64,000 nt of DNA from Polyangiaceae bacterium (GTDB lineage Bacteria > Myxococcota_A > Polyangia > Polyangiales > Polyangiaceae). The DNA is taken from assembly GCA_035063585.1 (NCBI GenBank), contig JAPSGB010000014.1:1-64000 (forward strand), read 5' to 3'. Positions 1 to 8,956 of this stretch are shown here, in pieces. The notes below the pieces were generated by a model. That model had not been told where the DNA came from. It saw only the letters and a program-made list of their open reading frames with translations, and made no database searches. Both the position numbers and the translations under genes were made by a program. The first letter of the stretch is position 1, and the number at the start of each line of letters is the position of its first letter.

Positions 1-77
1 GCGCGGGCGGCGCGGCGGGCCACGCGGGCTCCGGCGCGGGCGGCGCGGCGGGCCACGCGGGCTCCGGCGCGGGCGGC
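1..77 (+). repeat. 33-bp coding tandem repeat (2 copies plus a partial copy)
   Basis: GCGCGGGCGGCGCGGCGGGCCACGCGGGCTCCG at 1-33 and 34-66, encoding AGGAAGHAGSG. Confidence 0.8.
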
Positions 78-419
78 ACGGCGGGGCAGGCGGGCGCGGA
101 CGCGGGCAGTGCGGACGCGAGCGCCGGCAGCGCCGGCGCGGACGCGGACGCGGACGCGATCGCTCCGCTCCCCTACTGCGACGACGCGGGGCTCGTCGCC
201 GACGCGGGCGTCACCTCGTCTCGGGTCGTCACCATGACGGAGGCGGAGTTCAGGGACGAGTGCGAGCAGCGCGGCGGCGTGTTCGAGGTGATCCCGCACT
301 GCGGCGGCCTCACCACCTGCCGCGGCATGTCCTACGACACCACCACCAGCACGCTCACCGACCACACCTGTCGCGGCGTGAACACCTGCGCCGGCTATAG
401 CTGCGTCATCTGCGACTGA
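1..419 (+). CDS. 5'-truncated protein with Gly/Ala/Asp low-complexity linker and Cys-rich C-terminal domain; candidate bufferin-like MNIO substrate
   Basis: The frame of ORF 234..419 is open back to the window edge (AGGAAGHAGSG repeats, DAG motifs). The C-terminus has HCGGLTTCRG and HTCRGVNTCAGYSC. It ends 10 bp from the DUF2063 stop. Confidence 0.7.
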   Translation, partial: AGGAAGHAGSGAGGAAGHAGSGAGGTAGQAGADAGSADASAGSAGADADADAIAPLPYCDDAGLVADAGVTSSRVVTMTEAEFRDECEQRGGVFEVIPHCGGLTTCRGMSYDTTTSTLTDHTCRGVNTCAGYSCVICD

Positions 420-429
420 GCCTGCGCGC

Positions 430-1272
430 TCACTCCGCGAGCCCGCTGAAGAAGCCGAGCTGCACGCTCCGCGCGAGCCAGCCGCGCGCGCGCTCGGGGA
501 GCCCGCGGCGCTCGTCGTCCGAGCAGGAGGCCTCGACGCGCGCGAGCGCCTCACCGAGCGGGAGCGCGTCGAGTAGCGCGAAGAGCTCGGCCTCGCGCGG
601 CTCGAGCGGCACGTGCCGGACCCCGCCGGGCTCGCCGACCAGCGCCCACCACGCCGGGCGCTCGAGCGCGGGCGGACGCGCGGCGGGCGTCTCGGCGCGC
701 TCGCTCGCGAGCCGATGGCGCAGGGCGACGAGCGGGAAGCTCTCGGTCACGAGGGCGACCGCGGGCGAGAGGAGCAGCCGCGACGTGAAGAGCCGCGCGG
801 CGTCCGCCGTGGTCGGGCGATACGGCCTGACCGTGGGCGCCGCGAACACTCGGCGCCAGGCGGCGTCGAGCCGCGCCGCCTCGACGAGCGCGGGATCTCG
901 GGCGTGCTCCTCTGCGACGAAGCCCTCGAAGCCGTCCGGCATCCGCTCGAGATCCCAGCTCGCGGGCGGGTGCGCGAGCAGGAAGCGCGTCGCGACCTCG
1001 TTGAACGCCCAATAACCGAACAGCCGCGCGGTGAGCGGGAAGCTCGCTTGCAGCACCGTGAACAGCCGGAACCAATACTGGCGATTGTAGACGGCGAGCC
1101 GCGACGCGGCGTCGCCGAACGCGCTGTCCGCGATCTCGCGCACGAAGTCGTCGCGGTAGCTCGCGGTCGCCGCGCGGAGGGTACCCGTCGAGCGATCGAG
1201 CGGCGTGCGGATCACCTGGCCGAAGCCGGCTTGGAGCTCGGCGAGCCAGGCGGGTCCCGCGTGCCCGCTCAC
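430..1272 (-). CDS. DUF2063-family MNIO partner protein (HvfC/BufC-like)
   Basis: RLAVYNRQYWFRLFTVLQASFP...FLLAHPPASWDL motif. GTG start at 1272 overlaps the DUF692 stop (GTGA). Confidence 0.8.
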   Translation of the reverse strand: MSGHAGPAWLAELQAGFGQVIRTPLDRSTGTLRAATASYRDDFVREIADSAFGDAASRLAVYNRQYWFRLFTVLQASFPLTARLFGYWAFNEVATRFLLAHPPASWDLERMPDGFEGFVAEEHARDPALVEAARLDAAWRRVFAAPTVRPYRPTTADAARLFTSRLLLSPAVALVTESFPLVALRHRLASERAETPAARPPALERPAWWALVGEPGGVRHVPLEPREAELFALLDALPLGEALARVEASCSDDERRGLPERARGWLARSVQLGFFSGLAE

Positions 1273-2132
1273 GCCCGGACCTCGCGCGCCTTCTCGAGCT
1301 CGGCGAGCAGCTCGGGGACCGCGGGGATGTGCGCGTCCCACTCGAGCAGCGTCGGGAACGGGCCGCCTCGCTCCCACGCGCGGCGATAGAGCGCCCACAC
1401 GGGCTCGGAGACGGGGTGATCGTGCGTGTCGACGAACGAGCCGTCGGGCTCGGTCGTGTACCCGGCCATGTGCACCTCGAGCACGCGGGAGAAGTCGATC
1501 GAGGCGAGGTACTCGTCGGGGTCCTTGCCGTGGTTGTGGGAGGACACGTAGATGTTGTTCACGTCGAGCATGAACCAGGTGCCCGACTCCCGGACCACGC
1601 TCGTGTAAAACTCCCACTCGCTCATGGTGGAGCGTGTGAACTCGACGTAGCTCGACAGATTCTCGAGGCCGAACCGCCGCCCGAGGCGGCGCTCCACGTA
1701 CGCCGCGCGCTCGGCGGCGAGCTCGATCAGCTCGGGCACGTAGGGCACGGGGAGGAGATCGTGGTGCGCCGCGCCGCTCGCGCCCGTCCAGCACAGGTGA
1801 TCGGTGACGAACGGCGCGTCCACCCGATCCGCGAGCCGGCAGAGCGCGTCGAGGTACGCTTCGTCGAGCGGCTCGTGCCCGAGCAGGTTGAGCCCCACGC
1901 CGTGGAGCACTACCGGGTAGCGCTCACGCACGCGGTCGAGCTTCTCGAGCGTGCGCCCCGGAGCGCCGAGGAAGTTCTCGCTGATGGCCTCGAAGTAGTC
2001 GACCCTCGGCCAGCGCTCGAAGAGGTACGGGTAGTGCGCCGGCCTGAGACCGAGGCCGAGCGCGTCAGCCGGGAGCGTCACGCCGGTCAAGGTACTCGCG
2101 GGGGCCCAGCGCTGCACGGGGTCCCGCGCCAC
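1269..2132 (-). CDS. DUF692-family multinuclear non-heme iron oxidative enzyme (MNIO); start may be GTG at 2081
   Basis: GLGLR, FEAISENF, LHGVGL, DHLCW, HDLLP, LENLSSY, LDVNNIY, EVHMAG, DTHD, LLEWD motifs. Confidence 0.92.
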   Translation of the reverse strand: MARDPVQRWAPASTLTGVTLPADALGLGLRPAHYPYLFERWPRVDYFEAISENFLGAPGRTLEKLDRVRERYPVVLHGVGLNLLGHEPLDEAYLDALCRLADRVDAPFVTDHLCWTGASGAAHHDLLPVPYVPELIELAAERAAYVERRLGRRFGLENLSSYVEFTRSTMSEWEFYTSVVRESGTWFMLDVNNIYVSSHNHGKDPDEYLASIDFSRVLEVHMAGYTTEPDGSFVDTHDHPVSEPVWALYRRAWERGGPFPTLLEWDAHIPAVPELLAELEKAREVRA

Positions 2133-2141
2133 CCGAGCTGG

Positions 2142-2170
2142 TTGACAACTGGTTCAACCAGTAATAACCT
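2142..2170 (+). promoter_or_regulatory. sigma70-type promoter with a FadR/GntR-like palindromic operator in the spacer
   Basis: TTGACA (2142-2147), 17 bp, TAACCT (2165-2170). Palindrome ACTGGTT-C-AACCAGT at 2148-2162. AT-rich patch just upstream of ATG 2182. Confidence 0.65.
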
Positions 2171-2181
2171 GCGCCCTTCAC

Positions 2182-2739
2182 ATGTCCGAAATCACGCGAG
2201 CCCTACGACTGGCCGACCAGCCGGCCCTTGCCCGGCACCCGGGCGATGGATGGCTCGCCGAGCCCTATTCGCCCGGACCGCTGCTCCGCCCGGCGCTGCA
2301 AGGGCTCATCCGCGCGCTCTGTCCGCCGCCGCCCGCGCCCTCGTCACCGGAGCTCTTCGACGCGGTCGAGCGCTACGTGCTCGGCTTCCTCCCGTACATG
2401 CCCCGGCCCGTGGCGCTCGGGTTCCGCGCCATCGTGCTCTTGCTCGACTGGTCGCCGCTCTGGCTCGGGCTCGGGTTTCGCCGTCTCCAGAAGCTCTCGC
2501 ACGCGCGGGCCGCCGCGGTGCTCTCGCGGCTCGACGAGAGCCGCTCGTCGCTGCTCCGAACCCAAATCGTCGCGGTGCGCGGCGTGGTGCTGAGCGGCTA
2601 CTTCGATCAAGACACGGTCCACGAAGCGCTCGACTACGCGCCGCTCCCGTTCATCGGTGAGCGCATCGCGCTCCGGAGGGATTTGTTGGCCCGGCGCGGA
2701 ACCGCGGGGCTCGACGGCGCGGCAGCGGTGGAGCCGTGA
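2182..2739 (+). CDS. Small partner protein of the GMC oxidoreductase (gluconate-2-dehydrogenase subunit 3-like)
   Basis: Coupled to the GMC gene (GTGA overlap). RRLQKLS...LSRL...VLSGYF...ALDY pattern is typical of such partners. Confidence 0.55.
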   Translation: MSEITRALRLADQPALARHPGDGWLAEPYSPGPLLRPALQGLIRALCPPPPAPSSPELFDAVERYVLGFLPYMPRPVALGFRAIVLLLDWSPLWLGLGFRRLQKLSHARAAAVLSRLDESRSSLLRTQIVAVRGVVLSGYFDQDTVHEALDYAPLPFIGERIALRRDLLARRGTAGLDGAAAVEP

Positions 2740-4286
2740 GCATCCTCGCCTACGCGGACTACGAGCGCGCGCGCGAGTTCGACGCCGACGTGGTGGTGGT
2801 GGGCACCGGCGCGGGCGGCGCCGTGGTGGGCGCGGAGCTCGCCGAGCTCGGGCACGAGGTGCTCTTCATCGAGGAGGGCGGCTACCACGCGCCCAGCACC
2901 TTCAACCCCTACACGACCGAGAGCGTGCCGCGACTCTACCGCGACGCGAGCGCCACGGTGATGCTCGGGCGGCCGCCCATACCGTACGTCGAGGGTCGCT
3001 GCGTCGGCGGCAGCACGCTCATCAACGGCGGGATGACCTATCGCCCGCCCCTACGCGTGCTCGAGCACTGGGAGGAGCTCGGCGGGCCGGAGCTCGGCGC
3101 CCGGGGGCTCGAGGCGCTCTTCGAGCGGGTGGAGGCGAACATCCACGCCGCGCCGCAGCTCGAGGTGAGCGTCGGCGAAGACAGCAAGCTCATGATCGCG
3201 GGCGCCAAGAAGATGGGCTGGCGCTACAGCATGAACCACCGAAACCAGGTGGCCTGCGTCGGCTCCAACAACTGCACGCTCGGGTGCCCCACCGGCGCCA
3301 AGCAGTCGACGCTGGTCACCTATCTTCCGCGCGCGTTCGCGAAGGGCGCGCGGTGCCTCACCGAGCTCCGCGTGGAGCGACTGCTCATCTTGCGCGGGCG
3401 GTGCGTCGGCGTCGAGGGGCACGCCATCGATCCGCGCACGCGGCGCGCCCGGCGGCGGGTGCGCGTGCGCGCGCGCGCGGTGGTGATCGCGTGCGGTGCG
3501 GTGCAGACGCCGCTCTTGCTCGAGCGGCACGGGCTCGGGCGTCCGAGCCGGCAGCTCGGTCAGAACCTCTCGTGTCACCCGAACGCGAAGGTGGTCGCGG
3601 TGTATCCCTTCGATGTCGAGGGGTGGAAGGGCGTCTCGCAGGTGGCGCAGATCCGAGAGTTTCTCGATGACGGCTTCCTCTTCGCGGAGAACTTCGTCGC
3701 GCCCGGCGTGCTCGGCGCGTACCTGCCGTTTCACGGCGCGGAGGCCTGGGACATGATGCGCCGCTACAACCAGATGGTGATGAGCGGCGTGCTGGTGGAG
3801 GACTCCGGGTCGGGCTCGGTGACCCGCGCTCTCTTCGGCCTGCCGTACGCCCGCTATGACATCACCCCGCTCGATCACGCGCGCGTGAAGCGCGGAGTGA
3901 AGCTCCTCGCCGAGATGCATTTCGCGCTCGGCGCCGAGTACGTCGCGCTCCCCTTCACGAACCACCATCTCGCGCGGAGCGTCGACGACCTGAAGCGAAT
4001 CGACGAGCTAGAGACGGATCCTTCCACCACCGAGCTCTTCACCGTGCACATCATGGGCACCGCGCGCATGGGTCGGCGCGACCTCGACTCGGTGGTGGAT
4101 CTCAACGGTGAGCTCCACGACCTCCCCGGATGCTACGTCGCCGACGCGAGCCTCTTCCCGACCCCCATCGGGGTAAACCCGCAGGTCACCATCATGGCGC
4201 TCGCGACCCGCGTCGCGTCGCGGCTGAAGCTCCCCGCGCGTCGCGCGCAACCTCAGCGATCGAGGTCGCCGGCAGCCTCGGGCTGA
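2736..4286 (+). CDS. GMC-family FAD oxidoreductase (long-chain alcohol oxidase-like)
   Basis: VVVGTGAGG FAD motif, GRCVGGSTLIN, CxGxxxCxxGC, HIMGTARMG, DASLFPT...NPQVTIMA. Confidence 0.88.
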   Translation: MSILAYADYERAREFDADVVVVGTGAGGAVVGAELAELGHEVLFIEEGGYHAPSTFNPYTTESVPRLYRDASATVMLGRPPIPYVEGRCVGGSTLINGGMTYRPPLRVLEHWEELGGPELGARGLEALFERVEANIHAAPQLEVSVGEDSKLMIAGAKKMGWRYSMNHRNQVACVGSNNCTLGCPTGAKQSTLVTYLPRAFAKGARCLTELRVERLLILRGRCVGVEGHAIDPRTRRARRRVRVRARAVVIACGAVQTPLLLERHGLGRPSRQLGQNLSCHPNAKVVAVYPFDVEGWKGVSQVAQIREFLDDGFLFAENFVAPGVLGAYLPFHGAEAWDMMRRYNQMVMSGVLVEDSGSGSVTRALFGLPYARYDITPLDHARVKRGVKLLAEMHFALGAEYVALPFTNHHLARSVDDLKRIDELETDPSTTELFTVHIMGTARMGRRDLDSVVDLNGELHDLPGCYVADASLFPTPIGVNPQVTIMALATRVASRLKLPARRAQPQRSRSPAASG

Positions 4287-4666
4287 TAGTGGATGGCGGT
4301 GACCTTGAGCTTCAAGATCTTGCCGCCGGGGCGCGGCCAATCGATGCTCTGCCCTACGCGCAGCCCGAGGAGCGCGCTGCCGATCGGAGCGAGGACCGAG
4401 ACCCGTCCCGCGTCGGCGTCGGCGTCCTTCGGGTATACGAGCGTCAGGGTGTAGGTCTTGCCGCTCGCGTCCTCGACGCACTCCGCGGACGAATTCATGC
4501 TCACGACGTCGTGGGGCATGGCCTCGGGCTCGACGATCTCAGCGCGCTCGAATTCCTCGAGGAGCCGCTCCGCGGTCGGGGTATCGCGCACCGCGGGCGA
4601 CTCGAGCAGCAACTCGATGCGCTCGACGTCGAGCCGCGACAGGATGATCGAAGTCTTGTTTCCCAT
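4253..4666 (-). CDS. rnk: Nucleoside diphosphate kinase regulator (GreA/GreB family)
   Basis: DVVSMNS, LTLVYP, SVLAPIGSALLGL, IDWP, YQPEAAG. Confidence 0.88.
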   Translation of the reverse strand: MGNKTSIILSRLDVERIELLLESPAVRDTPTAERLLEEFERAEIVEPEAMPHDVVSMNSSAECVEDASGKTYTLTLVYPKDADADAGRVSVLAPIGSALLGLRVGQSIDWPRPGGKILKLKVTAIHYQPEAAGDLDR

Positions 4667-4851
4667 GTCAGTCCTCGACGTGAGGTGATGCTACAGCATA
4701 CCGTCAGCGAACCGGCCAGCGGCGGAACCGCGCGGCCAAACCCGCCTTCTCGTGGTTATATCAACGATCTCGGGTTCTTGCCGACTTGGCTGAGGGTAGC
4801 CGCGCGCGGCTCGCGCCGTCAAGGCGCTTCGCTCGCGGCCGTCCGCGAGGG

Positions 4852-5595
4852 TCAGCGGCCGGATAGGAATCCGAGCCGCTGAAAGAGCGCCTCCGGGGTG
4901 TGGCGCACTACGGGCATGATCGCGGCCCAGCGCCTCGGCACGAACACCTCGGCGCGCTTTGCGTCCATCGCGGCGACGATGTCTCTTGCTACCGCGCCGG
5001 GCTCTGCGAAGAGCGCGTTTTTCGCGTGGGTGGCGGTCATCGGGGTGTTCACGGGGCCGAGCTTGATGGTCGTCACCGACACGCCGGCGCCATAGAGCCG
5101 GCTCCGCACCCCTTGGAGGTAGACGGTGAGCGCGGCCTTACTCGCGCCGTAGGTGTAATTGCGTGGGCGCCCGCGCTCACCGGCCACCGAGCTGATGACC
5201 CCGAGCCGCCCCGCCCGCCGCTCCTCGAGCGCGTTCGCGAGCGGGATGAGCAGCGCCACCGCGCTCGTGAAGTTGCTGCGGATGATCCGCTCCGCCTCGA
5301 CCACGTCGTGCTCGCTCGTGAGCTGATCTCCGAGCAGGCCGTGCGCGATGAGCGCGGTGTCGAGTCCGCCGAGCGCGTCGCTCGCGCGTGACACGAGCGC
5401 TCGGGCGGCGGACAGCTCGTCGAAGTCGGCCGCGATCGAGCCCGCGACCGCTCCCCCGAGCCGCCTCGTCACCGCGTCGAGCTTGCTCGCATCGCGCCCG
5501 ATGAGGCAGAGCCGATCGCCGCGCTCCGCGTGAACGCGCGCGACCTCCGCGGCGATCGCGGAGGTGGCCCCGAAGACGGCGACTTTGGCGTTCAT
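4852..5595 (-). CDS. SDR oxidoreductase, DprE2-like
   Basis: FGATSAIA, SSVAGERGR, YGASK, KLGPVNTPMT. ATG at 5595. Confidence 0.8.
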   Translation of the reverse strand: MNAKVAVFGATSAIAAEVARVHAERGDRLCLIGRDASKLDAVTRRLGGAVAGSIAADFDELSAARALVSRASDALGGLDTALIAHGLLGDQLTSEHDVVEAERIIRSNFTSAVALLIPLANALEERRAGRLGVISSVAGERGRPRNYTYGASKAALTVYLQGVRSRLYGAGVSVTTIKLGPVNTPMTATHAKNALFAEPGAVARDIVAAMDAKRAEVFVPRRWAAIMPVVRHTPEALFQRLGFLSGR

Positions 5596-5709
5596 GATGA
5601 ATCGAAGGAGCTTTCGAGGGGCTCGGTGCAGCGACCGAGGAGTGAGTATGGCGGCGAGGCTTCGGTTTGCCAACGCTCCGCGCCTTCGCTAAGAATCGCG
5701 TCACCCGAC

Positions 5710-7041
5710 GTGAGCGCCTCGAAGACTCCGACGTTGAGCGGCTGGGGCCGAATGGCCGTGCCCGGCCGCGAGCTCCGCTCGGAGGATCTCGAGCGGATCA
5801 CCGCCGGAGCTGCGCTGTCGCGTGGGCTCGGGCGCTCGTACGGAGACGCCTCCCTGCCCGCGGACGCCGACGCGCGGGTGGTCGGGACGACGCTCGCCGA
5901 CCGCTTGCTCGGCTTCGATGAGGCGTCGTCGGTCCTGCGCGTCGAGGCCGGGCTCTGCCTCGCAGAGCTCAACCGCCTCAGCTTGCCGCGCGGGCTCTTC
6001 ACTCCGGTCACGCCAGGCACGAAATTCGTCACGCTGGGCGGCATGGTGGCCTCTGACGTCCACGGTAAGAACCACCACGTGGACGGGACGTTCGGCCGCC
6101 ACGTCCGTTCGCTCAAGCTTCGTGTCGGGAATGGCCGCGTGCTCGAGTGTTCGCGCGAGCGGGAGCCCGAGCTCTTCTTCGCCACGCTCGGCGGGATGGG
6201 CCTCACCGGGCACATCCTCGAGGTCGAGTTTCAGCTCGCGCGGGTGGAGTCCCCCTGGATCTTCGAGGAGCGCTCCCGCGTCGCCGATCTCGACACCTTC
6301 CTCGTGCGGCTGGAGGATGCCGCGAAGAAGTGGCCGTTCACGGTCGGCTGGATCGACACCATCGCGCGCGGTCGCGCGCTCGGCCGCGGGATTCTCTACT
6401 GCGGTCGCTGGGCGGAGGCCACCGAGGCGCCCAAGCGCGCGCCGCGCCGCCACCGCCCCATCACCATGCCGTTCGCGCTCCCCGGCTTCGTGCTCAGCCG
6501 CTTCACGATCGGCGTCTTCAATAGCCTCCTCTATCACACCGCGCCCAAGCACAAGGAGAGCTTCGTCGACCCGGACTCCTTCTTCTATCCGCTCGACCGC
6601 ATCCTGCAGTGGAACCTGCTCTATGGCTCGCGTGGCGTCGCGCAGCACCAGTGCGTGCTTCCGAAGGAGACGGCGGCGGTTGGCGTGCGCTCGCTATTCG
6701 AGACGCTCGAGCGCATGAACGCGAGCTCGTTCCTCTCCGTCATCAAGGACTGCGGCGCGGAGGGCGAGGGGCTCATCTCGTTCCCGCGCCCCGGAATCTC
6801 CGTCGCGCTCGACATCCCCATTCACGCGAACATCGGCCGTATCATCGATGAGCTCAACGAGCAGGTCATGAAGTATGGCGGCCGCATCTACCTGACCAAG
6901 GACGGGCACAGCCGCCCGGAGCACGTGCGGGCGATGGATCCGCGTCTCGACGGGTTCCTCGAGGTGTGCCGCAAGTGGGATCCCAAGGGGCTGCTCCGGA
7001 GCGCACAGAGCAAGCGACTGTTCGAGAGCCGGCCGTCATGA
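5710..7041 (+). CDS. FAD-linked oxidase, DprE1-like (decaprenylphosphoryl-ribose oxidase family)
   Basis: LSGWG, RGLGRSYGD, PVTPGTKFVTLGG, DVHGKNHH, FFYPLD, GGRIYLTKD. GTG at 5710 chosen to avoid overlap with the divergent gene. Confidence 0.85.
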   Translation: MSASKTPTLSGWGRMAVPGRELRSEDLERITAGAALSRGLGRSYGDASLPADADARVVGTTLADRLLGFDEASSVLRVEAGLCLAELNRLSLPRGLFTPVTPGTKFVTLGGMVASDVHGKNHHVDGTFGRHVRSLKLRVGNGRVLECSREREPELFFATLGGMGLTGHILEVEFQLARVESPWIFEERSRVADLDTFLVRLEDAAKKWPFTVGWIDTIARGRALGRGILYCGRWAEATEAPKRAPRRHRPITMPFALPGFVLSRFTIGVFNSLLYHTAPKHKESFVDPDSFFYPLDRILQWNLLYGSRGVAQHQCVLPKETAAVGVRSLFETLERMNASSFLSVIKDCGAEGEGLISFPRPGISVALDIPIHANIGRIIDELNEQVMKYGGRIYLTKDGHSRPEHVRAMDPRLDGFLEVCRKWDPKGLLRSAQSKRLFESRPS

Positions 7042-7778
7042 AGGCGATCGTTCTCGGAGCGACCAAGGGGATCGGTCGCGCCATCGCGCGCGAGCTCGCC
7101 GCGCGCGGCGATCGAGTCTTCTTGCTCGGCCGCGGCGAAGCGGAGCTCGAGCACAGCGCGCGCGATCTCGAGCAGCGAAGCCCGGCGCGACATCCGGTCC
7201 GTTTCGCCACCTGTGACCTCGAGGATCGCGCGAGCTTCGAGCCCGCGCTCGACGCCGCGAGCACGGCGCTCGGCGGGTTCGACACGGTGATCGTCACCGC
7301 CGGCCGCTTCGGCACCCAGGAGCAGCTCGAGGCCGATCCGGCGCTCGCCGCGCAGGTCCTCGACGCGAACTTCACCGGCACCGTGATGTTCTGTGAGGCG
7401 GCCCGCAAGCGGTTGCTCGCCGCCTCGGGCGGTACGCTCTGCGTGTTCAGCTCGGTCGCCGGGGAGCGCGGCCGGAAGCCGGTCGTGCTCTATGGCGCGA
7501 GCAAGGCGGGCCTCAGCGCGTACCTCGAGGGGCTCGACCACAAGTATCGGGCGCTCGGGCTCCGTACCGTGTGCGTGAAGCCTGGCTTCGTGAAGACGAG
7601 CATGACCGACGGCCTCCCCCCACCACCCTTCGCCGGCGAGCCCGACGCCGTCGCGCGCGACGCCGTACGCGCCATCGTCCGCGGCACGCCGGTGGTGTAT
7701 ACGCCGCGGATCTGGGCGCTCGTGATGATGGTGATCCGCGCGCTGCCGCGCTTCGTGATGCGCCGGATTGGCTTCTAG
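7038..7778 (+). CDS. SDR oxidoreductase, DprE2-like (second copy)
   Basis: LGATKGIG, SSVAGERGR, YGASK, KPGFVKTSMT. ATGA overlap with the upstream oxidase. Confidence 0.8.
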   Translation: MKAIVLGATKGIGRAIARELAARGDRVFLLGRGEAELEHSARDLEQRSPARHPVRFATCDLEDRASFEPALDAASTALGGFDTVIVTAGRFGTQEQLEADPALAAQVLDANFTGTVMFCEAARKRLLAASGGTLCVFSSVAGERGRKPVVLYGASKAGLSAYLEGLDHKYRALGLRTVCVKPGFVKTSMTDGLPPPPFAGEPDAVARDAVRAIVRGTPVVYTPRIWALVMMVIRALPRFVMRRIGF

Positions 7779-7813
7779 CTCGCGCGCGGCGCGGCCCGTG
7801 GTAAAGGGGGCGC

Positions 7814-8920
7814 GTGACCGCGACTCCAAATGACGACGAGGGCCAAGGTACCTTCGAGGAGGCGGTGCGGCGCTCGGACGCGCTCCGGGCGAGCCTCGCC
7901 GAGCACCCGGAGCGCCATCGGCTGCTCACCGGTGATCGTCCCACCGGCGCGCTCCATATCGGGCACTACTTCGGCTCGCTCGAGAACCGCGTGCGCCTAC
8001 AGGCGCTCGGCGTGGAGACCTTCGTGCTCATCGCCGATTATCAGGTGCTCACCGATCGCGACACGGTAGACGCCATCCCAACGAACGTGCGCGAGCTCGT
8101 GCTCGACTATCTCTCGGTCGGGCTCGACCCCTCGGCCGGTAAGACGCACGTCTTCTGTCACAGCCACGTCCCCGCGCTAAATCAGCTGTTGGTGCCGTTC
8201 CTCACCCTGATTGGCATGGGCGAGCTCGAGCGAAATCCGACCGTGAAGGAGGAGATTGCGGCCGCCGGGCTCACCCATGTCAGCGCGGCGATGTACGTCT
8301 ACCCGGTGCACCAGGCGGCGGATATCCTGGCCTGCAAGGGGACGGTCGTACCGGTCGGCAAGGACCAACTCCCGCACCTCGAGCTCACCCGGAAGATCGC
8401 GCGCCGCTTCAACCAGCGCTACGCGAAAGGGAGAGAGCCGGTGTTCCCGCTGCCTACCGCGCTCTTGTCGGAGGCGCCCAAGATCCTCGGCCTCGACGGC
8501 AAACAGAAGATGAGCAAGAGCCGGGGCAACGCGGTGCTGCTCCGAGCGACCGCGGACGAGACGGCGACGCTCGTGAAGCGCGCGACCACCGACAGCGAGC
8601 GGCGGATCACCTACGAGCCCGAGCGGCGCCCGGAGGTGGCCAACCTGCTCTCGATCGCTGGGCTCGCGCTGGGGGCTTCGCCCGAGGCGCTCGCCGAGCG
8701 TGTCGGCGATGGCGGCGGGGGTGCCTTGAAGGCGTTGGTCACCGAGGCCATCAACGAGAAGTTCGCGCCGTTCCGCGCTCGCCGCCGCGCGCTCGAGCCG
8801 GACGCCGAAGCGGTGGTAAGCTCGGTGCTGACCGCCGGAAATGCGGCGGCGACGCGCGTTGCCGACAGCACGCTTCGTGAGATGCGTGCAGCGATGAAGA
8901 TGGACTACGGGCTCGCGTGA
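7814..8920 (+). CDS. trpS: Tryptophan--tRNA ligase (TrpRS II-like)
   Basis: TGDRPTG, HIGH, YPVHQAADIL, VPVGKDQLPH, KMSKS. Confidence 0.93.
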   Translation: MTATPNDDEGQGTFEEAVRRSDALRASLAEHPERHRLLTGDRPTGALHIGHYFGSLENRVRLQALGVETFVLIADYQVLTDRDTVDAIPTNVRELVLDYLSVGLDPSAGKTHVFCHSHVPALNQLLVPFLTLIGMGELERNPTVKEEIAAAGLTHVSAAMYVYPVHQAADILACKGTVVPVGKDQLPHLELTRKIARRFNQRYAKGREPVFPLPTALLSEAPKILGLDGKQKMSKSRGNAVLLRATADETATLVKRATTDSERRITYEPERRPEVANLLSIAGLALGASPEALAERVGDGGGGALKALVTEAINEKFAPFRARRRALEPDAEAVVSSVLTAGNAAATRVADSTLREMRAAMKMDYGLA

Positions 8921-8956
8921 CTCGCGCTTCGCGCCGGCGCGCGCGCCGTCCGGCGC

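Noticed and set aside
4253..4286. 34-bp convergent overlap of the GMC gene and rnk as a regulatory device
   Set aside because: Short tail overlaps are common in GC-rich genomes, and the GMC tail looks like a low-complexity run-on.
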